Source: Ranitomeya imitator
Taxonomy: Eukaryota
DNA length: 64,000 nucleotides
Assembly (NCBI RefSeq): GCF_032444005.1
Contig: NC_091287.1
Location: 112,964,001-113,028,000 of the forward strand
Direction: 5' to 3'
This document shows positions 25,529 to 38,458 of the stretch, piece by piece. Below the pieces are notes generated by a model. The model saw nothing but the letters and a program-made list of their open reading frames with translations, had not been told where the DNA came from and did no database searches. Position numbers and translations under genes: made by a program. How positions within the stretch are numbered: position 1 is the first letter of the stretch; every line of letters starts with the position of its first letter.

Positions 25529-25709
25529 GAGGGTTTGGGGGATGAAAAGCTAAACACTTCCATTGCACAGTGTGTAGATGCTCGATGACACTGATGGTTG
25601 TGGTGATGTCTCATTCTCTCTTTGCGGGAAGGCAGGTTACCCTGTTGATCGTGAGCGGGAGGAAGAGGCTGAGACTGCAGCAGGAGGACGCTCAAGTCTC
25701 TGGTGCTTT

Positions 25710-25967
25710 TTAAGGTGTGTACTCCACTGCACTGGAGTTCAGATGCCTCTTCATACAGGTGGTGCTCAGGGTCAGAAGGTTTATGCCTTGCTTCAGGCTC
25801 TGATAGCACAGCATGCAAACCACCAGTCTCTTGTTGTCAGCACATTCCCTGAAGAAATGCCATTCCAGGACACTCCTTTGACCTAGGTTTGGTGCGCTGA
25901 TTTCAGAGGTGTGACATGCAGTAGCAGCTGACGTACTGGTTAGCGACCAGCCGATGTGATTTTGCAC
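25710..25967 (-). pseudogene. BED zinc finger of a hAT transposase
   Basis: SVLEWHFF...LVVCMLCYQSLKQG...LSTTCMKRHL. Confidence 0.75.
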
Positions 25968-26535
25968 CCTGCTGTGCTCCTGAAGTTAGCATGGTCACCT
26001 CTGCTTCCTCCGAACTGCGCACATTAATAGGATGGCCTTCACTCCATGTGGGTGTCTAGGACCTCATCATCCCCTGCATCATCAAACACCCACTCCTCAC
26101 CCTTACCCTCCTTGCTGGTCTGCACGTTGCAGAAAGACGCTGCAGTTGGCAACTATGTTTCATAATCCTCTAAGATGTGCTGCTGTGGTCCTGTGACCGT
26201 GTGCACTAGCCCTCCCAGATACTAATCCTCCAGCCTAACAAGTGGTTGGGCATCAGTGCACTCAGTCTCTTCCACTTCTAGGGCAGGGCCAGGTGGTTGT
26301 GCCATCGAACTCCAGCCAGCGGAGTCATCAAAAAGCAGAAGAGACTGATGCATGACTTGGGGCTCAGGCTGCTTGGCTGATTTAAATCACTAAATGTCCA
26401 AATAGCAAAGGGCATTTCCACAATACTAAGACACAAAGTCCCATATCAATCTTAATGGAACCAAGAAGAGATCCCACAATTAAAATGTAAAATCATTTTT
26501 ATTGGTAAATAAATATAAAAAGACAGAGAATAAAT

Positions 26536-27138
26536 CTATGGGCACATAGTGCCGTCACCCAATAATTTAAGTGTCTGGCGCTCGTACATCACTGAAGGCC
26601 ACACGACAAAATTTCCCCATTTATCCACGGGTTTATATACAATATCATCCCATTCCTGTAGCTCCCTCAAAGCTCTACGTTCTGCCCCTGATAGGTTATC
26701 CCTATGTCTCTGATTACATGCCAAAGTTTCTATATCTCTAGAAACCAGATGGGTGAAGATCTTCACTGCTGATGACAAATTAAGAGGGGGAAAGGTTTGA
26801 GATTTTACCAATGGCCGAGAAGGGATAGTACTCACCCCATGTGGTTCATTTTCCTCAAGAAGAGTTTCTAAAATATGTGTCACTTCCTCATCGCCCATGA
26901 TGTTGGAACAAACAGGGTTTGAATCATCAGGTTTAAAATGTAACTTTTTGAGTAAAATTTTTCGGGCAAACAAATTCAGATCCTTTATGGCTGTAAAGGC
27001 ATCTAAGTTAGAAGAAGGAGAAAAGGTAAGTCCCCGTTCCAGGAGACCAATTTGTGTAGGTGTGAGAACATGCGTGGACAGATTAATCACCTTAAGTTGG
27101 TCTTTTTGTTTCTTAGATCTATGAGGTTTAATAAACAT
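26536..27138 (-). pseudogene. Penelope-like ORF N-terminal region
   Basis: VINLSTHVLT...LLERGLTFSP and NLSGAERRALREL...IVYKPVDKWG..VV are typical PLE pre-RT motifs. Confidence 0.85.
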
Positions 27139-27382
27139 ATCCGGATATTTTCTGCAAGTCCCACTCCGTAAATGGAAATCCCGACAATGGCTAGGTTCCC
27201 CAGTGGACCATCCACTCTCACTTCCCGAGACACTTGAAACATCAGAGGCATCTCGTGATCCTTGCTGTACTTTATTATCGATTTTTTTTATATTGCCAAC
27301 GATATATTCTATGTATACAGACGGTATGACTCACACGGCTGGCCGGCTATTGGATATCTCTGGTATATTAGCTCGGCTCTCC

Positions 27383-27440
27383 TTCACCCCGGCATGCCCC
27401 CGGAAGAAGCTGGCGGTGAAACGCGCGTCGGCGTGAAGGG
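27383..27440 (+). ncRNA. Hammerhead-like motif (variant core)
   Basis: ATGCCCC-CGGAAGA-AGCTGGCGGT-GAAAC-GCGC-GTC-GGCGT; same core as 18452-18491. Confidence 0.45.
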
Positions 27441-27940
27441 GAGAAGCAGCGCGGCAGGTAATATACACCCGTTAGTTTATTCTTATTTTGTCCCCCCTTT
27501 TTCTATTGAGGTGGTTTAGTCCTTTAGATTGGCCCATTGTGGCAAGTATAATTGCATTGGGGAAGTATAATATTGGTCGGGAGATCCTTGTCTCGGGTGA
27601 TTTCTATTATATGCCGCTCAGCTTCTCAGACATATGGGCACTGGTATTAGCACTTTTTTGGCTTAAGTATTATTAGCCTTCCTCTAGCATGTTGTTTATG
27701 CAGATGGTTGTTGCATATATGTGCCCATAGTTACTATATTTTGTTGGCGTCCCTTAGTACGGTATTTTGTTTATTTTGGATTTATTCTCTGTCTTTTTAT
27801 ATTTATTTACCAATAAAAATGATTTTACATTTTAATTGTGGGATCTCTTCTTGGTTCCATTAAGATTGATATGGGACTTTGTGCTTGGCTGATTTGCAAG
27901 GGCGTAAGTTGGAAGCTGTATGACCATGGTCCACAGGTAC

Positions 27941-29012
27941 TACGTTTTTTATATTCGCTGTGCCATAAAGGCCTCCTAAATGAACTAAGAGCAAGACCAC
28001 ATTAAATGCAAACTGTACAGCAGCCTATCAATCACAGAAAACACAGAGAGAATGGTGCACATAACCAGGCGACGCACGGCTACAGTGGTGGTTTTTCTTT
28101 ATCTGTGGTGCTGGATGGGCAGTGTGGAGGTTGGATCTGAAATGTCTGTCTGGACCTGGTCAACCTTTATCCTCGCTTGCCCCTCTGGTGCTATGGGGGT
28201 GACTCAGTAATGCTCCAGGTACAGCTTGCATTTAATGTGGTCTTGCTTTTAGTTCATTTAGGAGGCCTTTATGGCACAGCGAATATAAAAAACGTAGTGT
28301 AGGACTGCCCCATTATGAGATTGCCGTGAAGTGGCGGGGTGGCTCAAAGAATTGATCAATTGTTTGCTAAATGTCTCATTTTGAAATACAGTTAGAAATC
28401 AATATGTGCATTTGCACTTTATGTATTGCGTTCTGACCATAGGCAGTGCTGGCTTCTCCCCTTTTTTGCTTCGATATTGGTCCCGTGGCTGACCACCACT
28501 GTAGCCGTGCGTCGCCTGGTCATGTGCACCATTCTCTCTGTGTTTCCTGTGATTGATAGGCTGCTGTACACACATACAGCAGCCCTGCCCTGACTTAGGC
28601 TTTGTTTAATTATGCACTTGTGTCTCAGCCTGTCTCATTCTTTATCTGTGGTGCTGGATGGGCAATGTGGATGTTGGATCTGAAATGTCTGTCTGGACCT
28701 GGTCAACCTTTATCCTCGCTTGCCCCTCTGGTGCCATGGGGGTGATTCAGTAATGCTCCAGGTACAGCTTGCATTTAATGTGGTCTTGCTTTTAGTTCAT
28801 TTAGGAGGTCTTTATGGCACAGCGAATATAAAAAACGTAGTGTAGGACTGCCCCATTATGAGATTGCCGTGAAGTGGCGGGGTAGCTCAAAGAATTGATC
28901 AATTGTTTGCTAAATGTCTCATTTTGAAATACAGTTAGAAATCAATATGTGCATTTACACTTTATGTATTGCGTTCTGACCATAGGCAGCGCTGGCTTCT
29001 CCCCTTTTTTGC
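27941..29012. repeat. Compound tandem and inverted repeat insertion
   Basis: A ~375-bp unit occurs twice (about 28097-28470 and 28639-29010). 27941-28015 and 28016-28092 are inverted copies of internal parts. Confidence 0.7.
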
Positions 29013-29455
29013 AAAGAAACAGCGGTACAGTAAAATTATTTTTTTGGCCCACAAAAGGCAAAGAGAATGGCTGCAGGGTATATTTATTTTTTAGGTACAC
29101 TACTTATACAGACCTGGCTGCAGAGAACACAGAGGCTTTTTGGAACAGTACTCCCACAGGCCAGGTTGCAGAGTACACACAGAGGCTTAGAAACAGCACT
29201 CTCATGGGTGGGTTTGCAGAGTACACACAGAGGCTTAAAGACACAGTACTTCCACGGGTGGGGTTGCATAGTACAAACGGAGGCTTAAAGGCACGATACT
29301 CCAACAGGAAAGGTTGCAGAGTACACACAGATGCCCTAAAAGCATAGTACTCCCACAACCTAGGGTGCAGAATACACACAGAGGCTTAAAGTCACAGTAC
29401 AGAGTGCAACTTTTTTTGTTTATTGTATATGGAGGTAGCTGCTCCTAGTTGGCAC

Positions 29456-29726
29456 TAGTGATAAGTGAGTATACTCGTTGCTTGGGTGGTCTCCGAGTAT
29501 TTGTGAGTGCTGGGAGATTTAGTTTTTGTTGACACAGCTGCATGATTTGCTGCTGCTAGACAGCTTTAATTCATGTGGGTATTCCCTAGCAACCAGGCAA
29601 CCCCCACATGTACTTAGGCTGGCTAGCAGCCATAAATCATGCAGCTGCGTGGACAAAAACGAAATCTCCAAGCACTCACAAATACTCGGAGACCACCCGA
29701 GCAACGAGTATACTCACTCATCATTA
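29456..29726. mobile_element. hAT-type MITE
   Basis: TIR TAGTGATAAGTGAGTATACTCG / CGAGTATACTCACTCATCATTA; 8-bp TSD GTTGGCAC / TTTGGCAC. Confidence 0.8.
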
Positions 29727-32479
29727 TTTGGCACCTGTTCATATTAGCTTGGAAGTGCCAGTTAGTTTTGTTGTCATTGTATATAAGCTTTCTGAAGACT
29801 ACTCCACCCTTCAGCATGTGGCGGATTATAATTGCAGCAGAGTTCTACCTACCAATAAAATACCTGGAAAAGAGGTGTTCACAACATCCCAGGAATTCAG
29901 ACTTCAGTCTTAGAGAGGTATTCACATTAGACACATTAGGACTCATCAGTTTTGAGACCACCTTGTCATTGGATGATGGGCATGAATGAATTTGCCAAAT
30001 TGGCCTTATGTGCTAAGTGTCTCATTTTTTCCTAGTATCCAGAAGCAGCATTGCTATGTATATTTAATATATTTCACATTGACATGCTTTAGCACTACAG
30101 AGTGCAACTTTTTTTGTTTATTTTATTTAAAGTCACAGTACTCCCACAGGTGGGGGTGCATAATAAAAACAGGGGCTTTTTGTCACAGTACTCCCACATA
30201 TATGGGTGCAGAGTACACGCAGATGTTTAAAGGCACAGTACTCCCACAGACGAGGGTGTAGAGTACACACAGCAGCTTTTTGGCATAGCACTCCCACTGA
30301 GACACGTGTAGAGTACAAAAAGAGACTTTTTTTGCAGAGTCCACAGTCTAATTCTGTCCCTCACTCCAGCTGTGTCCTGTTGCTACACTAATCAGAGCAG
30401 AATGGCGGCAGCACTTGTGATCCAACATTTTTGCAGTCTGAGTCACATGATACGCCGGCCATTCACAGCCATGTCCATATTTGGCATGGCTGTGATGGCT
30501 CAGTAAGTGCCCACAGCCTAAAATCTTGTTGACTGGCTGCATTGTAGCCTTTCAGCAAACTTTAGGCATCTGAACCCAAACTGTAAACTGGACGTCTGGT
30601 AAAATGTCTGTGTTCGGGGTTCGGTACCGGACACTAGGTGTCCTGTACGAACCTCAAACTTTGCAGTTCGGTTCTGTTATCCTTATTCAGGACCAAATGG
30701 TGTACTTTCAAAAAGTGTTGTAAATTGTTTTACTTCACAAGAAAAGGTTACAAATCTGTCCATAGATAGTCATAAATAATTGTTTACTAAAGAAAAATAT
30801 ACATCACCAGTTTTACATTGACAATTTTTTTTTATATTAATGTTTTATATTTAGGATATAGCATAGTATAACCAAACCTATAAAAATAACAGAAGAAAGT
30901 TTACGAACTAAATTGTGAAATTTGTAGAGAAATATTTGTTATTTTTTTTGTTCATGGTAATGGTATCAACCCAATTTATATTCATGAGCCTTGAAGATAT
31001 TTCTTCGTCTAATAAAGAAGGTGATACTGTATGTTTTTTTTTTCTCTTAATCTGAAAAGATGGATAGATCACAAGAAATTCTTCTACATGGCATTAAAAT
31101 CACACAGTTGAATGACCTGTTCGACATTGTTCAAGATAACCATAGGTTCTTTCATTCTTTGAATGATTGTGACAATATTACTTCTCTGTTTAGTATACTT
31201 TTCAGTAGAATGAAGATCGGGAAAATAATTTTTAGCTTGAAATCTTATTCCAGAGGGAGAAACCCTAGAATAAATGTTGGAAAAGTAAAACTCGACTTGA
31301 TTGTTCAATACCTAATGTAAATGTGAAGCATTGTGAGTTACAACTTGTTTTATACCTTTGAAAAGTTGTTTGAGTATAGAACTACCTTTAGTGTTATTTG
31401 TTGTTGACCTATAGATAAGAATTTGATGCCTATATCATTGCTTATGAAAGCTCCATATCACTAATTTATGAAGCATTCAAGAAGGAAAGGAATAATATAA
31501 TATGGACTAAAGGCCCCTCCATACAGATTAGACTAAAGTAGGTGAAATTCTATGTTTATTGTACCCTCCAATCATTTACACTTACAGATGAGAGAAGGAT
31601 CCGGCAATTTAAATTTCTAATCCTTATTTTTAGGCTTATCTTGTGAAGTGGACCCACTAAGCCCCAGTTCCAGTTGGATACACATACGCTGGGGGTTGAT
31701 GCAAGCTGGTAACATGGCATGTGGGGAGTGAGGTCATGGCACACACAGTAGTCTTGGGAGCACCAAGGTGAATGAAGTAAAGTCAGCAGAATTAGAAGCA
31801 GGTTAAACATGGTGTGCGCAAGGGGCAGAGTACACAAAGCTAGAGTCTTGAATCTCAATCTGAAGACACAGTTTTGTGTCTTAATGGGCCTTAAGTAGAA
31901 TTATGGAGATTACATCACTGAGCCATGCTGGGTAACCTGAAAAAACCTAGCGAGCAGCAAAACAGAGGGCAGAGGAGTGAGGTGAAGGATGCCGAGCCCA
32001 GTACACCAGGGACAGGAGTGTAACACTTATGTTCTCAGTGACAATAAATTAGCACTAGATGCAGAGGCATAGCTAGGGTTTTGGTTCAGGGGGATGAAGC
32101 TCCTGAGTGGGCCCCTAACCAGGTAACCTTCATTACAATTCGGTGATGTGCCCTAATAGTGGAGGAGAACCTCAGCAGATAACTGAAGATAATCTCTATA
32201 TAACGACAAACATGAATATTACCGCAATATGGACAGTGGTAGATACCAGTCCTACAGAACATATAAGAGATCACAGCACAGTTACAGATAATGTCTTACC
32301 GCTGATGTTCTCTGATGGAATCGTTCACTTTTCCTGCCTTTTCCATCTGGCACAGACCGACATGACAAGTTCTTCCAGCCAGGACTCATCTGCAGAGAAT
32401 ACAACAAAGACATGTTTCACTTCTCAGCTTCCAGCCCCATCACCATCTATTCCCAACCTTCACAAACTCCTCATCCTGC

Positions 32480-32850
32480 TGATGCCCCAATACTGAGCCT
32501 CTGCTGCCGTATTTGTCCCTATTACTACACCTGATACCCCAATACTGAGCCGCTGCTGCCATATGTGTCCCTATTACTACACCTGATACCCCAATACTGA
32601 GCCACTGCTGCCATATGTGTCCCTATTACTGCCCCTGATACCCCAATACTGAGCCGCTGCTGCCATATGTGTCCATATTACTGCACCTGATACCCCAATA
32701 CTGAGCCGCTGCTGCTGTATGTGTCCCTATTACTGCCCCTGATACCCCAATACTGAGCCACTGCTTCTGTATGTGTCCCTATTACTGCCCCTGATACCCC
32801 AATACTGAGCCGCTGCTGCCTTATATGACCCTATTACTGCACCTGCTGTG
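32480..32850. repeat. 52-bp minisatellite
   Basis: Unit CTGATACCCCAATACTGAGCCGCTGCTGCCATATGTGTCCCTATTACTRCMC, about 7 copies. Confidence 0.9.
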
Positions 32851-33199
32851 TGGTTCTCTGTGTCTTCTAAATTCTAAATCACCCCTCTATAATATAGTAA
32901 TGCCGGGTGAAAGTGCCCTAGAAAATAGTGCCCACATTTTGCTCCCTAGAAAATAATATTGCCATGTGTGCCCCTTTGATAGTCACAGTAACCTGAGATC
33001 CCCTATAACAAGAAGTGCCCACTTTACATTTAATAATGTCCCGAGACTGCCCCCCTGTACAGTTCCCCTATACAGTATAATGCCCCCTCACTGTATAGTA
33101 CCATCCACACAGTATACTGACCCCTTAGTAGCCCCCAAACTGTATGATGGCCCATTCACTGTAATCTCCACACTTTATGATGGCCCACTAGATGGCCTC

Positions 33200-33615
33200 C
33201 ATATAGTATAATGCACTAGATCATCCTAAATATAGTATAATACACTCCCCATAGGTCTCCATATAGTATAATGCTCTCCCCATAAGCCCCCATATAGTAT
33301 AATGCACTCCCCATAGGACTCCATATAGTATAATGCACTCCGCATAGGACTCTATATAGTATAATGCACTTACCATAGGCCTATTCTATAGCACAAGGCA
33401 GCACCTATAGGCAGACTCTGTAACACAAGACAGCATCCCCATAGCCAGACCCTGTAGTATAAGACAGCACCCCATAGGTAGACTCTGTAGTATAAGACAT
33501 TACCCCATAGGTAGACCCTGTAGCATAAGGCAGCACCCCATAGGCAGATCCTGTAGTATAAGGCAGCCCCCATAGGCAGACTCTAGTAAAAGGCAGCACC
33601 CCATAGGCAGACCCT
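33200..33615. repeat. 31-35-bp minisatellite arrays (left of Gypsy 2)
   Basis: CATATAGTATAATGCACTCCCCATAGG units, then ATAGGCAGACCCTGTAGTATAAGGCAGCACCCC units. Confidence 0.85.
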
Positions 33616-34544
33616 TGTTGTGAATTCTGTTGTCGAACTCCCTCCTGTGGTCGTGAATGGTACTTCGGCGAGTCCTGTCCATGGACTCCCTCTGGTGGCT
33701 GTGAGTGAAGCTGCTGCTTCTGAGGTTCCTTACACAGGTGACGTGGTTTATCCTTTGGTTGGCTGCTCTATTTAACTCCACTCAGATCGTTACTCCATGC
33801 CAGCTGTCAATGTTCCTGCATTGGTTCAGTTCGCTCTTAGATCTTTCTGGTGACCTGTCTTCTCCAGCAGAAGCTAAGTTCCCGATAGTTATTATTTGTT
33901 CATTGTTTCCTTGTCCAGCTGGTTATCATGATTTTGTCTTGCAAGCTGGAAGCTCTGGGATACAGAGTGGCATCTCCGCACCGTTAGTCGGTGCGGAGGT
34001 CTTTTTGCACACTCTGCGTGGTCTTTTGTAGTTTTTTGTCTGACCGCAAAGATACCTTTCCTATCCTCTGTCTGTTTAGTAAGTCTGGCCTCCCTTTGCT
34101 GAAACATGTTTCATTTCTGCGTTTGTGACTTTCATCTTTACTCACAGTCAATATATGTGGGGGGCTGCCTTTTCCTTTGGGGAATTTCTCTGAGGCAAGG
34201 TAGGCTTTATTTTCTATCTCTAGGGCTAGCTAGCTCTTAGGCTGTGAAGAGGCGTCTAGGGAGTGTCAGGAACGCTCCACGGCTATTTCTAGTTGTTGTG
34301 ATAGGATTAGGGCCTGCGGTCAGCAGAGCTCCCACATCCCAGAGCTTGTCCTGTGTGAGTTTAACTATAAGGTCGTGCCGGGTGCTCCTAACCACCAGGT
34401 CCATAACAGTACAGCTGGCCCAAAGTATTAATGCATCTCAATAGAGGGATAAGAGAAGTTCTGAGACCATTTTTTTTTCTTTGCACTGTGTTTTGTCTTT
34501 CTTTTCCCCTAAACCTTTGGGTGGTTCAGGACACAGGTGTAGAT

Positions 34545-35497
34545 ATGGACATTCAAGGTCTGTCCTCTTGTGTGGATCATCTCACTGCAAGGGTACAAAA
34601 CATTCAAGATTTTGTGGTTCAGAATCCTATGTTAGAGCCTAGAATTCCTATTCCTGATTTATTTTCTGGGGATAGATCTAGGTTCCTGAATTTCAAAAAT
34701 AATTGTAAACTGTTTCTAGCTTTGAAACCCTGCTCCTCGTTCAACAAGTAAAAATCATTATTTCTTTGTTGCGTGGTGACCCTCAAGACTGGGCATTTTC
34801 CCTTGCGCCAGGAGATCCTGCATTGCGTGATGTTGATGCGTTTTTTCTGGCGCTTGAATTGCTTTATGATGAACCAAATTCAGTGGATCAGGCAGAGAAA
34901 ATCTTACTGGCTTTGTGTCAGGGTCAGGATGAAGCGGAGGTGTACTGTCAGAAGTTTAGAAAGTGGTCTGTGCTTACTCAGTGGAATGAGTGTGCCCTGG
35001 CGGCAATTTTCAGAAAGGGTCTTTCTGAAGCCCTTAAGGATGTCATGGTGGGATTTCCCACGCCTGCTGGTCTGAATGAGTCTATGTCCTTGGCCATTCA
35101 GATCGATCGGCGCTTGCGTGAGCACAAAGCTGTGCACCATCTGGCGGTATTCTCTGAGCATAGGCCTGAGCCTATGCAGTGTGATAGGACTTTGACCAGA
35201 GCTGAACGGCAAGAACACAGACGTCGGAATGGGATGTGTTTTTACTGTGGTGAATCCACTCATGCTATCTCCGATTGTCCTAAGCGCACTAAGCGGTTTG
35301 CTAGGTCTGCCACCATTAGTACGGTACAGTCTAAATTTCTTTTGTCCGTTACTCTGATTTGCTCTCTGTCGTCTTATTCTGTTATGGCATTTGTGGATTC
35401 AGGCGCTGCGCTGAATTTGATGGACTTGGAGTTTGCCAGGCGCTGTGTTTTTTTCTTGGAGCCCATTTCAGTATCCTATTCCATTGAGAGGAATTGA
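34545..35497 (+). pseudogene. gag: Gypsy 2 gag, zinc knuckle and protease (one frameshift near 34740)
   Basis: PIPDLFSGDRSRFLNF; LRGDPQDWA; FRKGLSEALKD; CFYCGESTHAISDC; FVDSGA. Confidence 0.9.
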
Positions 35498-38458
35498 TGC
35501 TACGCCTTTGGCCAAGAATAAGCCTCAGTACTGGACTCAATTGACCATGTGCATGGCTCCTGCACATCAGGAGGATATTCGCTTTTTGGTGTTGCATAAT
35601 CTGCATGATGTGGTCGTTTTGGGGTTGCCATGGCTACAGGTCCATAATCCAGTGTTGGATTGGAAATCTATGTCTGTGTCCGGCTGGGGTTGTCAGGGGG
35701 TACATGGTGATGTTCCATTGTTGTCAATTTCACCTTCCACTCCTTTTGAAGTCCCTGAGTTTTTATCAGATTTCCGGGATGTATTTGAAGAGCCCAAATC
35801 CGGTGCCCTACCTCCTCATAGGGATTGCGATTGTGCTATTAATTTGATTCCTGGTAGTAAGTTTCCTAAGGGCCGTCTGTTTAATTTATCTGTGCCAGAG
35901 CACGCAGCTATGCGGAGTTATATAAAGGAATCCTTGTCGTCGTCACCATTGGGAGCAGGGTTCTTTTTTGTGGCCAAGAAGGATGGCTCTTTGAGACCTT
36001 GTATTGATTACCGCCTTCTTAATAAGATCACAGTCAAATTTCAGTATCCTTTGCCACTGCTGTCTGATTTGTTTGCTCGGATTAAGGGGGCTAGTTGGTT
36101 CACCAAGATAGATCTTCGAGGGACATATAATCTTGTGCGAATTAAACAGGGCGATGAATGGAAAACAGCATTTAATACGCCCGAGGGCCATTTTGAGTAC
36201 CTGGTTATGCCATTCGGGCTTTCTAATGCTCCATCTGTGTTTCAGTCCTTTATGCATGACATCTTCCGAGAGTACCTGGATAGATTCATGATTGTTTATT
36301 TGGATGACATTTTGGTCTTTTCGGATGATTGGGAGTCTCATGTGAAGCAGGTCAGAATGGTGTTCCAGGTCCTTCGTGCGAATTCCTTGTTTGTGAAGGG
36401 GTCAAAGAGTCTCTTTGGAGTTCAGAAGGTTTCATTTTTGGGTTTCATTTTTTCCCCTTCTACTATCGAGATGGACCCTGTTAAAGTTCAGGCCATTTAT
36501 GATTGGACTCAGCCGACATCTGTGAAGAGCCTGCAGAAGTTCCTGGGCTTTGCTAATTTTTACCGTCGCTTCATCGCTAATTTTTCTAGTATTGCTAAAC
36601 CGTTGACTGATTTGACCAAGAAAGGTGCTGATGTGGTCAATTGGTCCTCTGCGGCTGTAGAGGCTTTTCAGGAGTTGAAGCGTCGTTTTTCTTCTGCCCC
36701 TGTGTTGTGCCAGCCAGATGTTTCGCTCCCATTTCAGGTCGAGGTTGATGCTTCTGAGATTGGAGCAGGGGCTGTTTTGTCACAAAGAAGTTCTGATGGC
36801 TCGGTGATGAAACCATGTGCCTTCTTTTCTAGAAAATTCTCGCTTGCTGAGCGCAATTATGATGTTGGCAATCGAGAGTTGTTGGCCATGAAGTGGGCAT
36901 TCGAGGAGTGGCGACATTGGCTTGAAGGAGCTAAACATCGCGTGGTGGTCTTGACGGATCACAAGAATTTGACTTATCTCGAGTCTGCCAAACGGTTGAA
37001 TCCTAGACAGGCTCGATGGTCGCTCTTTTTCTCCCGTTTTGATTTTGTGGTTTCATACCTTCCGGGATCTAAGAATGTGAAGGCTGATGCCCTTTCAAGG
37101 AGTTTTGTGCCTGACTCTCCGGGTGTTCCGGAGCCGGCGGGTATTCTTAAAGAGGGGATAATTTTGTCTGCCATCTCCCCTGATTTGCGGCGCGTGCTGC
37201 AGAAGTTTCAGGCTGATAGACCTGACCGTTGTCCTACGGAGAAACTGTTTGTCCCTGATAGATGGACTAGTAGAGTTATCTCTGAAGTTCATTGTTCGGT
37301 GTTGGCGGGTCATCCTGGAATCTTTGGTACCAGAGATTTGGTGGCTAGATCCTTTTGGTGGCCTTCTTTGTCACGGGATGTGCGTTCTTTTGTGCAGTCC
37401 TGTGGGACTTGTGCTCGGGCTAAGCCCTGCTGTTCTCGTGCCAGTGGTTTGCTTTTGCCCTTGCCGGTCCCGAAGAGGCCCTGGACGCATATTTCCATGG
37501 ATTTTATTTCTGATCTCCCTGTTTCTCAAAGGATGTCGGTCATTTGGGTGGTTTGTGATCGCTTCTCTAAGATGGTCCATTTGGTACCCTTGTCTAAATT
37601 GCCTTCCTCCTCTGATTTGGTGCCATTGTTTTTCCAGCATGTGGTTCATTTGCATGGCATTCCAGAGAACATCGTCTCGGACAGAGGTTCCCAGTTTGTT
37701 TCGAGGTTTTGGTGGTCCTTTTGTGCTAAGATGGGCATTGATTTGTCTTTTTCTTCGGCTTTCCATCCTCAGACTAATGGCCAAACCGTACGAACTAATC
37801 AGACTTTGGAAACATATCTGAGATGCTTTGTTTCTGCTGATCAGGGTGATTGGGTGTCCTTCTTGCCTTTGGCTGAGTTCGCCCTTAATAATCGGGCCAG
37901 CTCGGCTACTTTAGTTTCTCCTTTTTCTGTAATTCTGGTTTCCATCCTCGCTTCTTTTCAGGGCAGGTTGAGCCTTCGGACTGTCCTGGTGTGGATACGG
38001 TGGTGGACAGGTTGCAGCAGATTTGGACTCATGTGGTGGACAATTTGACATTGTCCCAGGAGAAGGCTCAACGTTTCGCTAACCGCCAGTGCTGTGTTGG
38101 GCCCCGACTTCGTGTTGGGGATTTGGTTTGGTTGTCATCTCGTCATGTTCCTATGAAGGTTTCCTCTCCTAAGTTTAAGCCTCGTTTCATTGGGCCATAT
38201 AAGATTTCTGAAGTTCTTAATCCTGTGTCATTTCATTTGGACCTTCCAGCTTCTTTTGCCATCCATAATGTGTTCCATAGGTCGTTGTTGCGGAGATACG
38301 TGGCGCCTATGGTTCCCTCCGTTGATCCTCCTGCCCCGGTGTTGGTCGAGGGGGAGTTGGAGTATGTGGTGGAGAAGATTTTGGATTCTCATGTTTCGAG
38401 ACGGAAACTCCAGTACCTGGTCAAGTGGAAGGGTTATGGTCAGGAAGATAATTCCTAG
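35433..38458 (+). pseudogene. pol: Gypsy 2 pol (RT, RNase H, IN, chromodomain), frameshifted
   Basis: KIDLRGTY, YLDD, VDAS, LTDHKNL, HCSVLAGHPG, MDFISDLP, SDRGSQF, FIGPYKI, and EYVVEKILDS...QYLVKWKGY ending at a stop. Confidence 0.95.

Larger units (their letters stand above)
26384..27881. mobile_element. Inverted-repeat cassette 3 containing a PLE ORF 5' fragment
   Basis: 14-bp direct repeat TGCTTGGCTGATTT at 26370-26383 and 27882-27895; inverted arms 26432-26536 and 27779-27883. Confidence 0.8.
25470..30685 (-). mobile_element. Decayed hAT transposon carrying several insertions
   Basis: TIR-like end GTTCGGTTCTGTTATCCTTA at 30666-30685; subterminal repeats at 29100-29400 and 30127-30330; BED finger at 25710-25967. 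Confidence 0.6.

Noticed and set aside
32143-32496. 117-aa ORF and splice-site-like signals as a host exon
   Set aside because: Lies inside the hAT element bounded by the ACTAGATG TSD; no recognisable domain.
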